IMG/VR virus record: IMGVR_UViG_3300036402_000045
Location: 1 to 64,000 of that record
From: a virus
Length of the DNA stretch: 64,000 nucleotides
Direction: 5' to 3' (one strand)
The stretch's first letter is position 1, and each line of letters begins with the position of its first letter. Made by a program: the position numbers and the translations under genes. This document shows, piece by piece, positions 36,648 through 45,605 of the stretch. The notes below the pieces were generated by a model that did no database searches, had not been told where the DNA came from, and saw only the letters and a list, made by a program, of their open reading frames with translations.

Positions 36648-36684
36648 CTTGACACCGATCCGGTTAGCGCTCCTTCGGAAAGGC

Positions 36685-36837
36685 ATGAGACAAGACGACC
36701 AATCCATACGGGAGATCAAGCGCCGGTGGGAACGCGAGGCCAAGGAGATGACGGACGATGAACTGGTTCACCGCATCTACTCCCGAAGGGCCAACCAGTA
36801 CGACCGGGCCGAGGCCAAGAAGCGGAATCTCGTATGA
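36685..36837 (+). CDS. Hypothetical protein
   Basis: MRQDDQ, GAAAGG RBS. Confidence 0.5.
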   Translation: MRQDDQSIREIKRRWEREAKEMTDDELVHRIYSRRANQYDRAEAKKRNLV

Positions 36838-36990
36838 CCCGCCTTCTCTACCGTTTCGGCCAGGATACCGACTTCAGAAAGTTCTCCTAACTACCATATA
36901 GATAGTTAGTGGATTCGATCGTTCTTCCACTCGGTACTACGTAGCCCGCGGTTATCAAGATACGCAATACCTTGATGTGGAAAACCGCGT

Positions 36991-37368
36991 TCAAGCTCTC
37001 TTCCGTTTGGCCTCGGCTTTGGGACGCTCGTAGACGTGAACCAGAATGGCAACAATCTTTCCGTCTTCACGGACCTGTTCTCGTCGCACATAGCCACGCT
37101 CAACGAGTTCCTTCATGGCCGACCTGACCGAGAACTCTCCATCGGTCTTGGCTTTGGAAAGTTCCTCTACAAAGAAGTGCCAGTCATCCGGTCGGCTAAG
37201 CATGAACGCGAGCAAGCCCGTGGCTTTGAAGCTCAAGAGCGGATCACGCAGAGTGTCGTTCTCTATGCGTGTGTACGTCTCATGCTTCTTGATTCGGTGG
37301 ATGGTCTTCGAATCGAGCGTCATCTGTCTGACGGCAAGGGAACTGACCTTCTGATTCTTGGCTGTCAT
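36991..37368 (-). CDS. Phage replication-initiator-like winged HTH protein, possibly truncated or frameshifted
   Basis: YTRIENDTLRD..LSFKATGLLAFMLSRPDDW...SVRSAMKELVERGY. Confidence 0.75.
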   Translation of the reverse strand: MTAKNQKVSSLAVRQMTLDSKTIHRIKKHETYTRIENDTLRDPLLSFKATGLLAFMLSRPDDWHFFVEELSKAKTDGEFSVRSAMKELVERGYVRREQVREDGKIVAILVHVYERPKAEAKRKRA

Positions 37369-37553
37369 GTTGTATGCTCCTGCTTGGTATCGGGACAGGT
37401 GCCACCGTACACGGCCCCCACTATCCGAGCGCTCGTCGCTAACGGAGAAGGGGGCCGTGTCGCGTCTACCCTCGGCCACGGAGCCTGGTCGTTGTGTGTC
37501 CCGTAGCGACGGGATCAGCGACCGGCTCCACCTACTTTGCGTATCGTTGTGAT

Positions 37554-37694
37554 GCGGGAGGACTAAGAGCACACCGAGGCTCTGGCGAGCGCTTACAACA
37601 CCAGGCCGAATCCATCGCTAGGCCAGGATGGAAGGCAAACACTCATCCCGGTAACGGGTTCGCTCAACGTCCAGAGATAGAGGCGTCCTCCCGC
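37554..37694 (+). ncRNA. Candidate structured small RNA (about 140 nt)
   Basis: CGTATCG 37540-37546; closing stem GCGGGAGGAC/GTCCTCCCGC; inner CTCTGG/CCAGAG, GAGCG/CGCTC, TCCATC/GATGGA, CCCG-GTAA-CGGG. Confidence 0.6.
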
Positions 37695-37709
37695 TCTACA
37701 CTTTCGGAT

Positions 37710-37880
37710 ATGCGGCGACAGAAGCTCGATCCGGATCTCAAGGCCAAGCTCAAGGCCGCACGTCTGCTTCGGAATGAGCGCCCGTCGTTAGGACTGAAAA
37801 CCCGTCTACACGACGAGGTAGAGCGCAGACCCAACAGCCTTGACGATCCCGACACGACCGCAAGGGACGCTCTGGATTAG
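37710..37880 (+). CDS. Hypothetical protein
   Basis: MRRQKLD... Confidence 0.45.
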   Translation: MRRQKLDPDLKAKLKAARLLRNERPSLGLKTRLHDEVERRPNSLDDPDTTARDALD

Positions 37881-37901
37881 CCGCCTGCGTATCAGGCATA
37901 T

Positions 37902-39176
37902 ATGACCGATCTCGACGGGGCGCTTGTCGCCTATGCCGTCCGTCGTCCGCTTGGGTTGACCGAGCTTCAGCGCGCTGGCATCACAACTGAGTACCTGACC
38001 GATGACTATGCGAAGGCATGGGATTGGGTCAACCGCATGAAGCGCCAGCACGGTGCGATCCCTTCGCTTCGGGTCGTGCAGCAGCGCTATGCGGATCTCG
38101 ATCTCACACCCGCTCGTCAACGAGACGTGCCGATGCTGGTTTCCGAAGTGAAGCAGCGGAAGAAGCTCATCGATTTCCACGACGCAATCGAAAACGCTTC
38201 CTCTACCGCTCGATCGGTGGACGACATCGACCGTGCGCTCTCGCAGCTTCAGGCCCAACTCAACAGCCTCAACGTACAGGGGTTGGGCAACCAGTCGATC
38301 GTTGACCTGTTCAGCCGTTCCGCCAAACGACGGATGATGAAGGATCTGAAGCAGCGCCGGTCCGGGAAGATGATCGGCATCCCCACGGGGCTGAAGCGCT
38401 TCGACTTCGTGACGGGAGGACTCGTTTCCCGAAAGATGGTCGTCGTCATGGCGCGTACCGGCGTCGGCAAGTCATGGCTCAACCTGCTCTTCGTTGCGAG
38501 CGCTGTCCTCAACGGCAACAAGGTCGTGCTCTATCCGTTGGAGATGACGCTGGAGGAAACGGCTCTTCGCCTCTACACGATCTTCAGCCAGAAGATGTTC
38601 CGAGGAAGCGACACTCTGAAGAACCTCGATCTGACGATGGGACGCTTCAGCCCTCGCAAGGTCGTGCGCCTGCTCAACATGCTGGAGGACAAGTACGAAG
38701 GTCAGTTGTTCGTGGCCGACGTTGCGAGCCTCAGCGATCCCTACACGCCCGAGCGGGTGGAGTCTGAAGTTGAGCTTTACAAGCCCGACATGTTCTGGGT
38801 CGATTACCTCACGCTCCTGAAGGCCCCGAACGGTCGCAGCGGTGCGGAGGACTACACATCGATCAAGGTGCTCTCCAACGCCATCAAGGGGATCGCACAG
38901 CGACAGGGGTGTGTCGGTGGTGCATCGGCTCAGGTGAACCGCGACGCCATGAAGGTGCGAAGCTTCATCCCCCGTGTTGAGCACATCAGCTACGGCGATT
39001 CCATCGGCCACGATGCGGATCAGATTCTTTCACTGGGGAGGAAGGATGAGCACCTTTACTACGGCCTCGTCAAGAACCGTGGCGGTCCCGAGATCGGGCG
39101 CACGCGCATGAAGGCGTTCTTCGATGAAGGACGTATCGAAGAGGACGAGCAACAGGAGTCCGAGGATGACGATTGA
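37902..39176 (+). CDS. dnaB: DnaB-like replicative helicase
   Basis: GIPTG, ARTGVGKS, LEM, VDYL, QVNR, DAD, KNR; CGTATCA at 37888-37894. Confidence 0.92.
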   Translation: MTDLDGALVAYAVRRPLGLTELQRAGITTEYLTDDYAKAWDWVNRMKRQHGAIPSLRVVQQRYADLDLTPARQRDVPMLVSEVKQRKKLIDFHDAIENASSTARSVDDIDRALSQLQAQLNSLNVQGLGNQSIVDLFSRSAKRRMMKDLKQRRSGKMIGIPTGLKRFDFVTGGLVSRKMVVVMARTGVGKSWLNLLFVASAVLNGNKVVLYPLEMTLEETALRLYTIFSQKMFRGSDTLKNLDLTMGRFSPRKVVRLLNMLEDKYEGQLFVADVASLSDPYTPERVESEVELYKPDMFWVDYLTLLKAPNGRSGAEDYTSIKVLSNAIKGIAQRQGCVGGASAQVNRDAMKVRSFIPRVEHISYGDSIGHDADQILSLGRKDEHLYYGLVKNRGGPEIGRTRMKAFFDEGRIEEDEQQESEDDD

Positions 39177-39333
39177 GTTCATGCGCTGTCCCTCCTGCAA
39201 CAACGAGCACCTTAGGGATCATTGCGAAAGCCCGTCGTGCCCGTGGAAGAAGTGTCGCAACTGCAATGCGTACGGTCCCAAGTCACCGAATCCGAAAGTT
39301 CCGTGGCGTTCCGACAAGAAGGATGAACGATGA
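39166..39333 (+). CDS. Small Zn-finger protein
   Basis: Three Cys pairs. Confidence 0.5.
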   Translation: MTIEFMRCPSCNNEHLRDHCESPSCPWKKCRNCNAYGPKSPNPKVPWRSDKKDER

Positions 39334-39584
39334 CCGGTCCCGATGAAGAGGCATTCCGTCAGCTTGCCAAGCAGGACACTCGGAAGTTCGTCATCACACA
39401 GGCGTTCGCGCACGGCTTCGTAACCCAAGTGATTCCGGTGATGACCCCAGACGGCGAGCACGAACAACAAATCCGCATCGAGGGGCCGTGGATGGAAGTC
39501 GGCTACTACGAGGAAGCTCTGTTCATCAAATCCTCAGCGATGCCCGCCTCAACGGTAGCGAAGTTCGAAGTGGTTTCCGAATGA
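39330..39584 (+). CDS. Hypothetical protein
   Basis: Coupled ORF. Confidence 0.55.
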   Translation: MTGPDEEAFRQLAKQDTRKFVITQAFAHGFVTQVIPVMTPDGEHEQQIRIEGPWMEVGYYEEALFIKSSAMPASTVAKFEVVSE

Positions 39585-40060
39585 AGCTCTTGGTCTGTGG
39601 CTCCCGTGATTGGGACGACGAGAACACCATCTGGTCGATCCTCGACGGCTACTACGAGAACGACACACTGGGCCACCTGACAGTCACGATGGCGTCGTTC
39701 ACATTGATCGAAGGCGGGGCCAAGGGAGCGGACGCTTGCGCTCACCGATGGGCAAAGAACAGCCCGCTGCATTCGCACAACGAGCGACCTGATGATCCGG
39801 AGTTCCGTCACGTCACGGTCAATGCGAAGTGGGACGAGCATCATCCCAAGTGGTGTCCTTCGGACTGGTGCGCCGCGCGGGACTACTGCGTTGGTGCCGG
39901 TCCTCGTCGCAACCAACGAATGATCGATCGACACAAGCCCGATCTCGTTCTCGCATTCAAGAACGGGTTCAACTGGAAGCTCAACAAGGGCGGCACCGAA
40001 GACATGGTTTCCCGCGCCATCGCAGCAGAGATCGATTACTACGTGATCGGAAGGAAGTAA
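39581..40060 (+). CDS. SLOG (YspA/DUF2493) protein
   Basis: LLVCGSRDW, IEGGAKGAD, AGPRRNQRM, GGTEDM. Confidence 0.85.
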   Translation: MKLLVCGSRDWDDENTIWSILDGYYENDTLGHLTVTMASFTLIEGGAKGADACAHRWAKNSPLHSHNERPDDPEFRHVTVNAKWDEHHPKWCPSDWCAARDYCVGAGPRRNQRMIDRHKPDLVLAFKNGFNWKLNKGGTEDMVSRAIAAEIDYYVIGRK

Positions 40061-40767
40061 TGCCCCGCACCAAGCTCAAGGAGCATCCGGCTCCGTTCTC
40101 GAACGTCATCCTCGATCAGTTGCGGATCATGGTTGCCGCCGAACAAGAGCGCCGTCATGGATTTGGAATGTCTACCAACCTAAGACTTCTCGATCCGTTC
40201 GCTGGCATAGGGAAGATCCACAACATCGGCGGTCACGGAATCAAAACCGTAGGCGTAGAGCTTGAACCCGAATGGGCCGCATGGCACGCTGCGACCATCG
40301 TTGGCAACGCTCTGGATCTGAAGTTCCGCAGACACAGCTTCGACATCATCGCGACCAGCCCGTGTTACGGAAACCGGATGGCCGACCACCACAACGCACA
40401 GGACGGCTCACACAGGCGTAGCTACAAGCACTACCTCGAACGTGACCCTTCTCCCATGAGCGCAGGGGTCATGTATTGGGGAGACGAGTACCGGGAGTTC
40501 CACACCGAAGTCGTCATCGAGCTTGACCGTGTGCTGCGCCCCGGTGGTCTGGTGCTCTGGAACATCTCCAACCACAAGAAGACGATCAACAAGGGACAGC
40601 CCGCCGTAGAGCAGAAGGTCAGCGAGTGGTACATGGCGCTGTTCCTCGGCATGGGTTGGACCCTCCAAGAAGTGCGCCCGATCAAGACGCCCCGCTACAA
40701 GTACGGATCGAATTCCGAAACCCGTACCGAGTTCGAGTTCATCATCGCCATGAGAAAGCCGTTCTAA
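40060..40767 (+). CDS. DNA amino-methyltransferase (N4C/N6A type)
   Basis: HPAPF, LLDPFAGIG, TSPCY (SPPY-like), RVLRPGG. Confidence 0.8.
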   Translation: MPRTKLKEHPAPFSNVILDQLRIMVAAEQERRHGFGMSTNLRLLDPFAGIGKIHNIGGHGIKTVGVELEPEWAAWHAATIVGNALDLKFRRHSFDIIATSPCYGNRMADHHNAQDGSHRRSYKHYLERDPSPMSAGVMYWGDEYREFHTEVVIELDRVLRPGGLVLWNISNHKKTINKGQPAVEQKVSEWYMALFLGMGWTLQEVRPIKTPRYKYGSNSETRTEFEFIIAMRKPF

Positions 40768-41133
40768 TTGCCCGACAACTATCACTTCGACCTGACCGGC
40801 GTAGACCTAGAAACCTGCATGAAAATCGCGTTCGCCAACGCACCAGGAAACAAGGCAGAGGCGTGGAAAACAGAGGAAGAAGGAACGATTCTGATCCTTT
40901 GTTGGTCGAACGCAAGTAGCAACTGCAATCCCTTGCCTGCGCCCATGAACGCAGAAGACGCCGTTGCCTTTGTGCGGTCTTGGCTGCGGTCGGTTCCTTA
41001 CCCGCCCCGACCAATGCACGACGGAGACAACCGACCAGGCCATCGCGTCTACAACGAGCAATGGGGTCATGTACGCGGCGGGCACTACGACTTCGTGGCG
41101 ATCGAGCCGACTTGGCTCATGTACGGAAAGTAA
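40768..41133 (+). CDS. Conserved phage hypothetical protein
   Basis: HDGD..PG.RVYNEQWGHV...WLMYGK. Confidence 0.6.
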   Translation: MPDNYHFDLTGVDLETCMKIAFANAPGNKAEAWKTEEEGTILILCWSNASSNCNPLPAPMNAEDAVAFVRSWLRSVPYPPRPMHDGDNRPGHRVYNEQWGHVRGGHYDFVAIEPTWLMYGK

Positions 41134-41138
41134 ACGGA

Positions 41139-41711
41139 ATGTTCCTGTCTGACCACGACATCATCGAAGCCGTCGCCACGGGTGCTCTTGAGATCACACC
41201 GTTCGACCCAGAGGCCGTCCAGCCTGCGTCTGTTGACCTGACGTTGGACGACAAGCTCTTGGTCTTTCACCACGACACGGTGCGGATCGACCCTCGCGAG
41301 GAAGTGCAGATGAAGAGCCTTCCGAAGCGTTTCCGAAACGCACCACCGGAGTTCATCCTGAAGCCGTTCCAGTTCGCTCTTGCGGCGACCCGAGAGAAGG
41401 TGTCGTTGGGTCCGGGACTCGTCGGAAGGCTCGAAGGCAAGTCGTCTCTCGGGCGTCTCGGGCTGACGAGCCACGTCACGGCGGGCTTCTTCGATCCGGG
41501 CTTCAGCGGATACGCAACGCTGGAGTTGTTCAACGCGAGCGGCAAGCCCTTCGTGCTCATCCCTGGCATGAAGATTTGCCAGATGAGTTTTGCTCTCACG
41601 GTCACACCATCGGTCAACCCGTACGGCTCCGACAAGCTCACGTCGAAGTACCAGAATCAAGAGCGCGGTCCAAAGGGATCGCAGTACCACAAGAACTTCG
41701 AATCCAAGTGA
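41139..41711 (+). CDS. dcd: dCTP deaminase
   Basis: QPASVDL, EGKSSLGRLGL, AGFFDPGF, TLE, SKYQNQ. Confidence 0.92.
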   Translation: MFLSDHDIIEAVATGALEITPFDPEAVQPASVDLTLDDKLLVFHHDTVRIDPREEVQMKSLPKRFRNAPPEFILKPFQFALAATREKVSLGPGLVGRLEGKSSLGRLGLTSHVTAGFFDPGFSGYATLELFNASGKPFVLIPGMKICQMSFALTVTPSVNPYGSDKLTSKYQNQERGPKGSQYHKNFESK

Positions 41712-41860
41712 GAAAGTTCCGATTCCACAACACCCGCGTTGACATCGAGATCGAAGCCGAAGACGCTTACGATGCTTGGCAAAAGTGGGGCAAGGAAAAC
41801 CCCAAAGAAGCCGTCCACACCGTCATCTGTACCGACATCACGGAGGAAAATTCCGAATGA
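41708..41860 (+). CDS. Hypothetical protein
   Basis: GTGA overlap. Confidence 0.5.
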   Translation: MRKFRFHNTRVDIEIEAEDAYDAWQKWGKENPKEAVHTVICTDITEENSE

Positions 41861-42285
41861 AACCCACCATCGGCAGAATCGTCATCTACCGCACGGACGG
41901 TCGCAACGGTTTGATCTACGACCTGCCCGCGATCATCACCGTCACCAAAGACACGCATCCTGGTGACTACCCAGACGGCAGGCTCAACCCTTTGCCGGTC
42001 CCTGAGAGCGAAGATCATGTTCACCTGACGGTCTTCACGCCCGGTGGATTCGGAACGAGCATCCTTCCGTCCGGACCCGAATGGCAGACGGAAGTGGCCG
42101 GAACCAAGATCGATATTCCGGTAGCCAACCCTTCGTCGGACCTGTTCCCTGACAGCAAGCAGCTTGTCCCTGGTTCGGGCACCTACGTCGAACTCAATGT
42201 TCCGTTCTTCTTTCCCGACACGGACTCCAAGCATGAGTTCTTGGATATTCCCTCCCGTTCGTGGCGTTGGCCCGAGCGCGTCTGA
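41857..42285 (+). CDS. Conserved phage hypothetical protein
   Basis: MKPTIGRIVIY...PAIIT...WRWPERV. Confidence 0.7.
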   Translation: MKPTIGRIVIYRTDGRNGLIYDLPAIITVTKDTHPGDYPDGRLNPLPVPESEDHVHLTVFTPGGFGTSILPSGPEWQTEVAGTKIDIPVANPSSDLFPDSKQLVPGSGTYVELNVPFFFPDTDSKHEFLDIPSRSWRWPERV

Positions 42286-42617
42286 TGAAAGAGAACCTGA
42301 AGCAGTGGCAGGACAGCGCCGGAAGTTCGCTCCTTGACGTATCCGGATCAGCGACACAACCAATGTTGAAGATCCACGTCGATGAAGTTCGGAAAAGCCT
42401 TCCGACCGCAGAGACGTTCCTTGTCCTTCGCATGGCTCCTGCCGCAACCGGAGGGATTGTCTCCTTCGAAAACAGCGTGGGCACGATCCTGGCCCGACTC
42501 AACCCTGACGGCTCCACCTACTTCGATCCGAGCTACACGCCCGACGAAGCCGCGGAGGACTTCTGGCGCGCCCTCGGAGTCATTGCCAGCTATTACACCG
42601 AAGTCACCGAGCGGTGA
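42285..42617 (+). CDS. Hypothetical protein
   Basis: YTPDEAAEDFW; coupled. Confidence 0.55.
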   Translation: MKENLKQWQDSAGSSLLDVSGSATQPMLKIHVDEVRKSLPTAETFLVLRMAPAATGGIVSFENSVGTILARLNPDGSTYFDPSYTPDEAAEDFWRALGVIASYYTEVTER

Positions 42618-43663
42618 ACGCAGCAGACCTTGGGATCGATGACGTTCTCGATGTAGTTCGGAATGTCTTTGGCATCGAAGGGGAAGTCCGCAAGACCAAC
42701 CGTGGTCCGCAGATGCAATTCCTCTGCGTCGTGCATCAGGACTCTGATCCTTCTGCGGACGTTCACCTGGAGACGGGCTACTGGAACTGTTGGTCGTGCT
42801 CTGCCGGTGGCGACATCATCGATCTCGGAGCACGCGCGACAGGCAAGAAGCGGAAGGACATCAGGAAGCTCCTGGTTCCCGACAATCCCGATGCCAAGCG
42901 TGCTGCCGTTGCCCGCCGTGCAAAGGCCGTACGCGGCCTCCTGAGGGCCACTGAGAAGCCTTTGGCTATCAAGTCGATCATCGACATTCCGCAGGACTAC
43001 CCGACCGGTGGGAACTTCCGGTATCTCCGAGATCGTGGGTTCACCAAGGGCACGCTGGACTACTGGGGAATCCGCTACGTGAGGGAACAGGAGTTGCCGA
43101 GAGAGAACGGCAAGCCTTTCACGATCACCAACGCTTTCGGAATTCCGATCCGAGACGAGCACGGCGAAGTCATCGGCTGGTGCTACCGAGCTTCCCCGCA
43201 ATCCGAGGCATGGTTCCAGAAGATCCGCTACATCTACACACCGGGCCTCCAGAACGTCCTGAACCAGACGTGGTACGGGCTGTGGGAGAACTGGGACTCG
43301 AAGGAGATCACCGTCACCGAAGGTGCCTTCGATGCGATCTGGAACTGGCAATGCGGCTACCCCGCCGTCGCCGTTCTCGGGAACCAGGCGAAGCAGATCG
43401 TCAAAATCCGAAAGTTGATGCACTTCCGCCACGTCACCCTGTTCCTGGACCGTGACCGAACGGGTGCCGAGATCACCGAGTACCTCGGGTCGGAACTCAC
43501 AAAGCGTGGTGTTCCCGTTGACGTAGCGAGGTTTTCGTCGTTCATGGTTGGCCGTGACGGGAAGCCCGCAAAGGACTCTCAAGACCTGTGCCCGCTGGAC
43601 GTTGATCTGTGTCACGTCCGCGCACTACCGTATGGCATCTGGAAAGGACGAGCCGTAGCTTGA
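42614..43663 (+). CDS. dnaG: DNA primase (CHC2 zinc finger + TOPRIM)
   Basis: CVVHQD..PS...WNCWSC..GD, TEGAFDA, LDRDRTG, KD. Confidence 0.9.
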   Translation: MNAADLGIDDVLDVVRNVFGIEGEVRKTNRGPQMQFLCVVHQDSDPSADVHLETGYWNCWSCSAGGDIIDLGARATGKKRKDIRKLLVPDNPDAKRAAVARRAKAVRGLLRATEKPLAIKSIIDIPQDYPTGGNFRYLRDRGFTKGTLDYWGIRYVREQELPRENGKPFTITNAFGIPIRDEHGEVIGWCYRASPQSEAWFQKIRYIYTPGLQNVLNQTWYGLWENWDSKEITVTEGAFDAIWNWQCGYPAVAVLGNQAKQIVKIRKLMHFRHVTLFLDRDRTGAEITEYLGSELTKRGVPVDVARFSSFMVGRDGKPAKDSQDLCPLDVDLCHVRALPYGIWKGRAVA

Positions 43664-43688
43664 CGAGCTAACGGAAACTTTCTAGTAT
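43660..43688 (+). promoter_or_regulatory. SigA-type promoter for sigma-like gene
   Basis: TTGACG-17-TAGTAT. Confidence 0.65.
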
Positions 43689-43706
43689 TGGGAGCAAGAG
43701 AGGAAA

Positions 43707-44126
43707 GTGACCTTGGCACAGACGGCGGTAGCTACGGATTGGGCGGAACGCTTCGAGGCGGCACAACCCGCGTACATGGGGAAGATCAGACGGTTCGCAC
43801 GCCAGAAGGCGTCGATGCGGTATATCCCCGGTTACGACGAGTGCGACTTCGAGAACGACTTGCTCGAAGTGCTCTGGATGGCGTGTCGAACGTACGACCC
43901 GAACAAGGGTGCGAGCTTCAACACGCTGTTCTGGCAGATGAGCTTCAACCACGTCATCAGCCTCCACCGAAAGGCGTCTTCCCAGAAGCGGGTCGGGGAC
44001 TACGAGCGCATCAGCCTCGATGTCGAAGAGATCCGGGAAGCCATTTCCGAACTTCGGGCCGATCCCTCTGCGGAGGATGAATACCTGGCCCGTCTTGCGG
44101 TTACGGAACGCTGGCGGTCTTCCTAA
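43707..44126 (+). CDS. Sigma-70 region-2-only factor
   Basis: DFENDLLEVLWMACRTYDPNKGASFNTLF...RK (regions 2.2-2.4); 139 aa, no region-4 HTH. Confidence 0.75.
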   Translation: MTLAQTAVATDWAERFEAAQPAYMGKIRRFARQKASMRYIPGYDECDFENDLLEVLWMACRTYDPNKGASFNTLFWQMSFNHVISLHRKASSQKRVGDYERISLDVEEIREAISELRADPSAEDEYLARLAVTERWRSS

Positions 44127-44148
44127 AACCGTTTGCGTATCAGTAAGC

Positions 44149-44355
44149 GTGGACGAAGACCGGAAGATCGCAAGGCTGGAAGAGAAGCGGGCATCCCGCT
44201 TCCTGGATGCCCTCGCAAGAGATCCCTTCGTTTGCATCATCGTCACCAACGACGGCCAAGTGCAGATCGTCAGTTCGCAGATTTCGGAAGAACACCTTCT
44301 GCGTATCAAGAAGGTCTTGAAGGAGATCGAAGACGACAATGCCCTCCAAGACTGA
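44149..44355 (+). CDS. Hypothetical protein (leaderless)
   Basis: GTG 6 nt after CGTATCA 44136-44142. Confidence 0.55.
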   Translation: MDEDRKIARLEEKRASRFLDALARDPFVCIIVTNDGQVQIVSSQISEEHLLRIKKVLKEIEDDNALQD

Positions 44356-44791
44356 CCAAGCCTGGTTCGCCGGATTGGTTGACGGCGAAGGATGCTTCAC
44401 GTTCTCCTGGCAGCGGACGCTCCATCTGGCATTCATCCTTGGCATGACGCATGAGCGCACCATCCAGCGTGCAAGCGTCATTCTGGAACACGCGGGCGTT
44501 CCGCAGACAATGAAGATTCGTGCAAAGTCCGCAGCGGACAAGCCGGAATGGAAAACGTTCTACGAGATTCGGGTCCAGAACTTCGACGGCGTGCTTAGGG
44601 TGTGCGAGTTCATTCGGCCTTTCTCTGTCACGAAGTTCCAGTACGCCGAAGAGTTTGCGGACGTGATCCGACAGATCCAGAGGACGCCTGTGGGCAACCG
44701 TTCGGAAAGTCTTCGCGGACCTGTTCACGAAACTGCGTATCAGAGATTGATGAAGAGTTTCAGGCCGCAAATCGAAAGCGAAGGAGAGTAG
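44339..44791 (+). mobile_element. Free-standing single-motif LAGLIDADG homing endonuclease
   Basis: AWFAGLVDGEGCF; IRPFSVTK. Confidence 0.85.
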
Positions 44792-45571
44792 ATGCCCGCA
44801 GCTACCGGAAAGGGGTTGACGCCGAAGACGTTCGGCGGGTTGTCAAAGACCCGTAGCGCGTCGGGCGCTTCCGCCTTTCCCCGTGTCAAGCTGAAGGACG
44901 ACGAAACCGTTTCCCTCCAGTTCTTCGGAAGCATCGAAGACGAGGACTCGTTCAAGGAGTTCGATCAGCACCAGTGGCGAGAGAAGTATTGGAACTACGT
45001 CGCCTGCCTCGGTGACGATTGCCCGCTCTGCGACGACGAGGACGACGACGTTTCGAAGCAGCACTACCGCTTCGTTGCGCTCGTCTACAACCACGACGAG
45101 AAGCAGGTTCAGGTACTCGAAGGTCCGGGCACGATGGCGCAGCGGATCATTCTGAAGGCAGAGCGTCGTCCGGAGTCGTTCGTCAAGCGGACTTGGGACG
45201 TAACCCGTCTCGACACGACGCCAACGTCGTACGACATCGACCAGAGCGACCAGAAGCCGATCAACCTGCGCCAGAAGAACCGGCTCGATCTCCAGGCTTA
45301 CATCGATGAGTCTGCGGCCCGGTACTTCGGAAAGAACGCTCCCCGTCCCGACAAGAGCGGGAAGAAGGCCGGTCGGAAGTCAGCCCTCGATGATGACGAC
45401 GAGGATTACGACGACGACGAAGAGACGTACACCAAGGCCGATCTCATGGACATGAGCGCCCGCGAACTGAAGACGACGGCCAAGCAGTTCAAGGTCCGTC
45501 TCGTTGACAGCAGCGGTGACAAGAAGAGCAAGCAGCAAGTCATCCGAGAAATCCTCAAGAAGCAGAAGTAA
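44792..45571 (+). CDS. gp32-like ssDNA-binding protein with C-terminal helical module
   Basis: H...CLGDDCPLC, acidic linker, in replication block. Confidence 0.65.
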   Translation: MPAATGKGLTPKTFGGLSKTRSASGASAFPRVKLKDDETVSLQFFGSIEDEDSFKEFDQHQWREKYWNYVACLGDDCPLCDDEDDDVSKQHYRFVALVYNHDEKQVQVLEGPGTMAQRIILKAERRPESFVKRTWDVTRLDTTPTSYDIDQSDQKPINLRQKNRLDLQAYIDESAARYFGKNAPRPDKSGKKAGRKSALDDDDEDYDDDEETYTKADLMDMSARELKTTAKQFKVRLVDSSGDKKSKQQVIREILKKQK

Positions 45572-45605
45572 CCCCACCATCCAACGGAAAGAGACACGAC
45601 AACAC

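Noticed and set aside
29865-37694. tRNA or hammerhead identity for the structured intergenic elements
   Set aside because: No cloverleaf with T-loop and CCA, and no CUGANGA/GAAA core could be fitted
44339-44791. Group I intron or intein around the LAGLIDADG ORF
   Set aside because: ORF overlaps or abuts its neighbours, leaving no room for an intron core; flanking genes are not split
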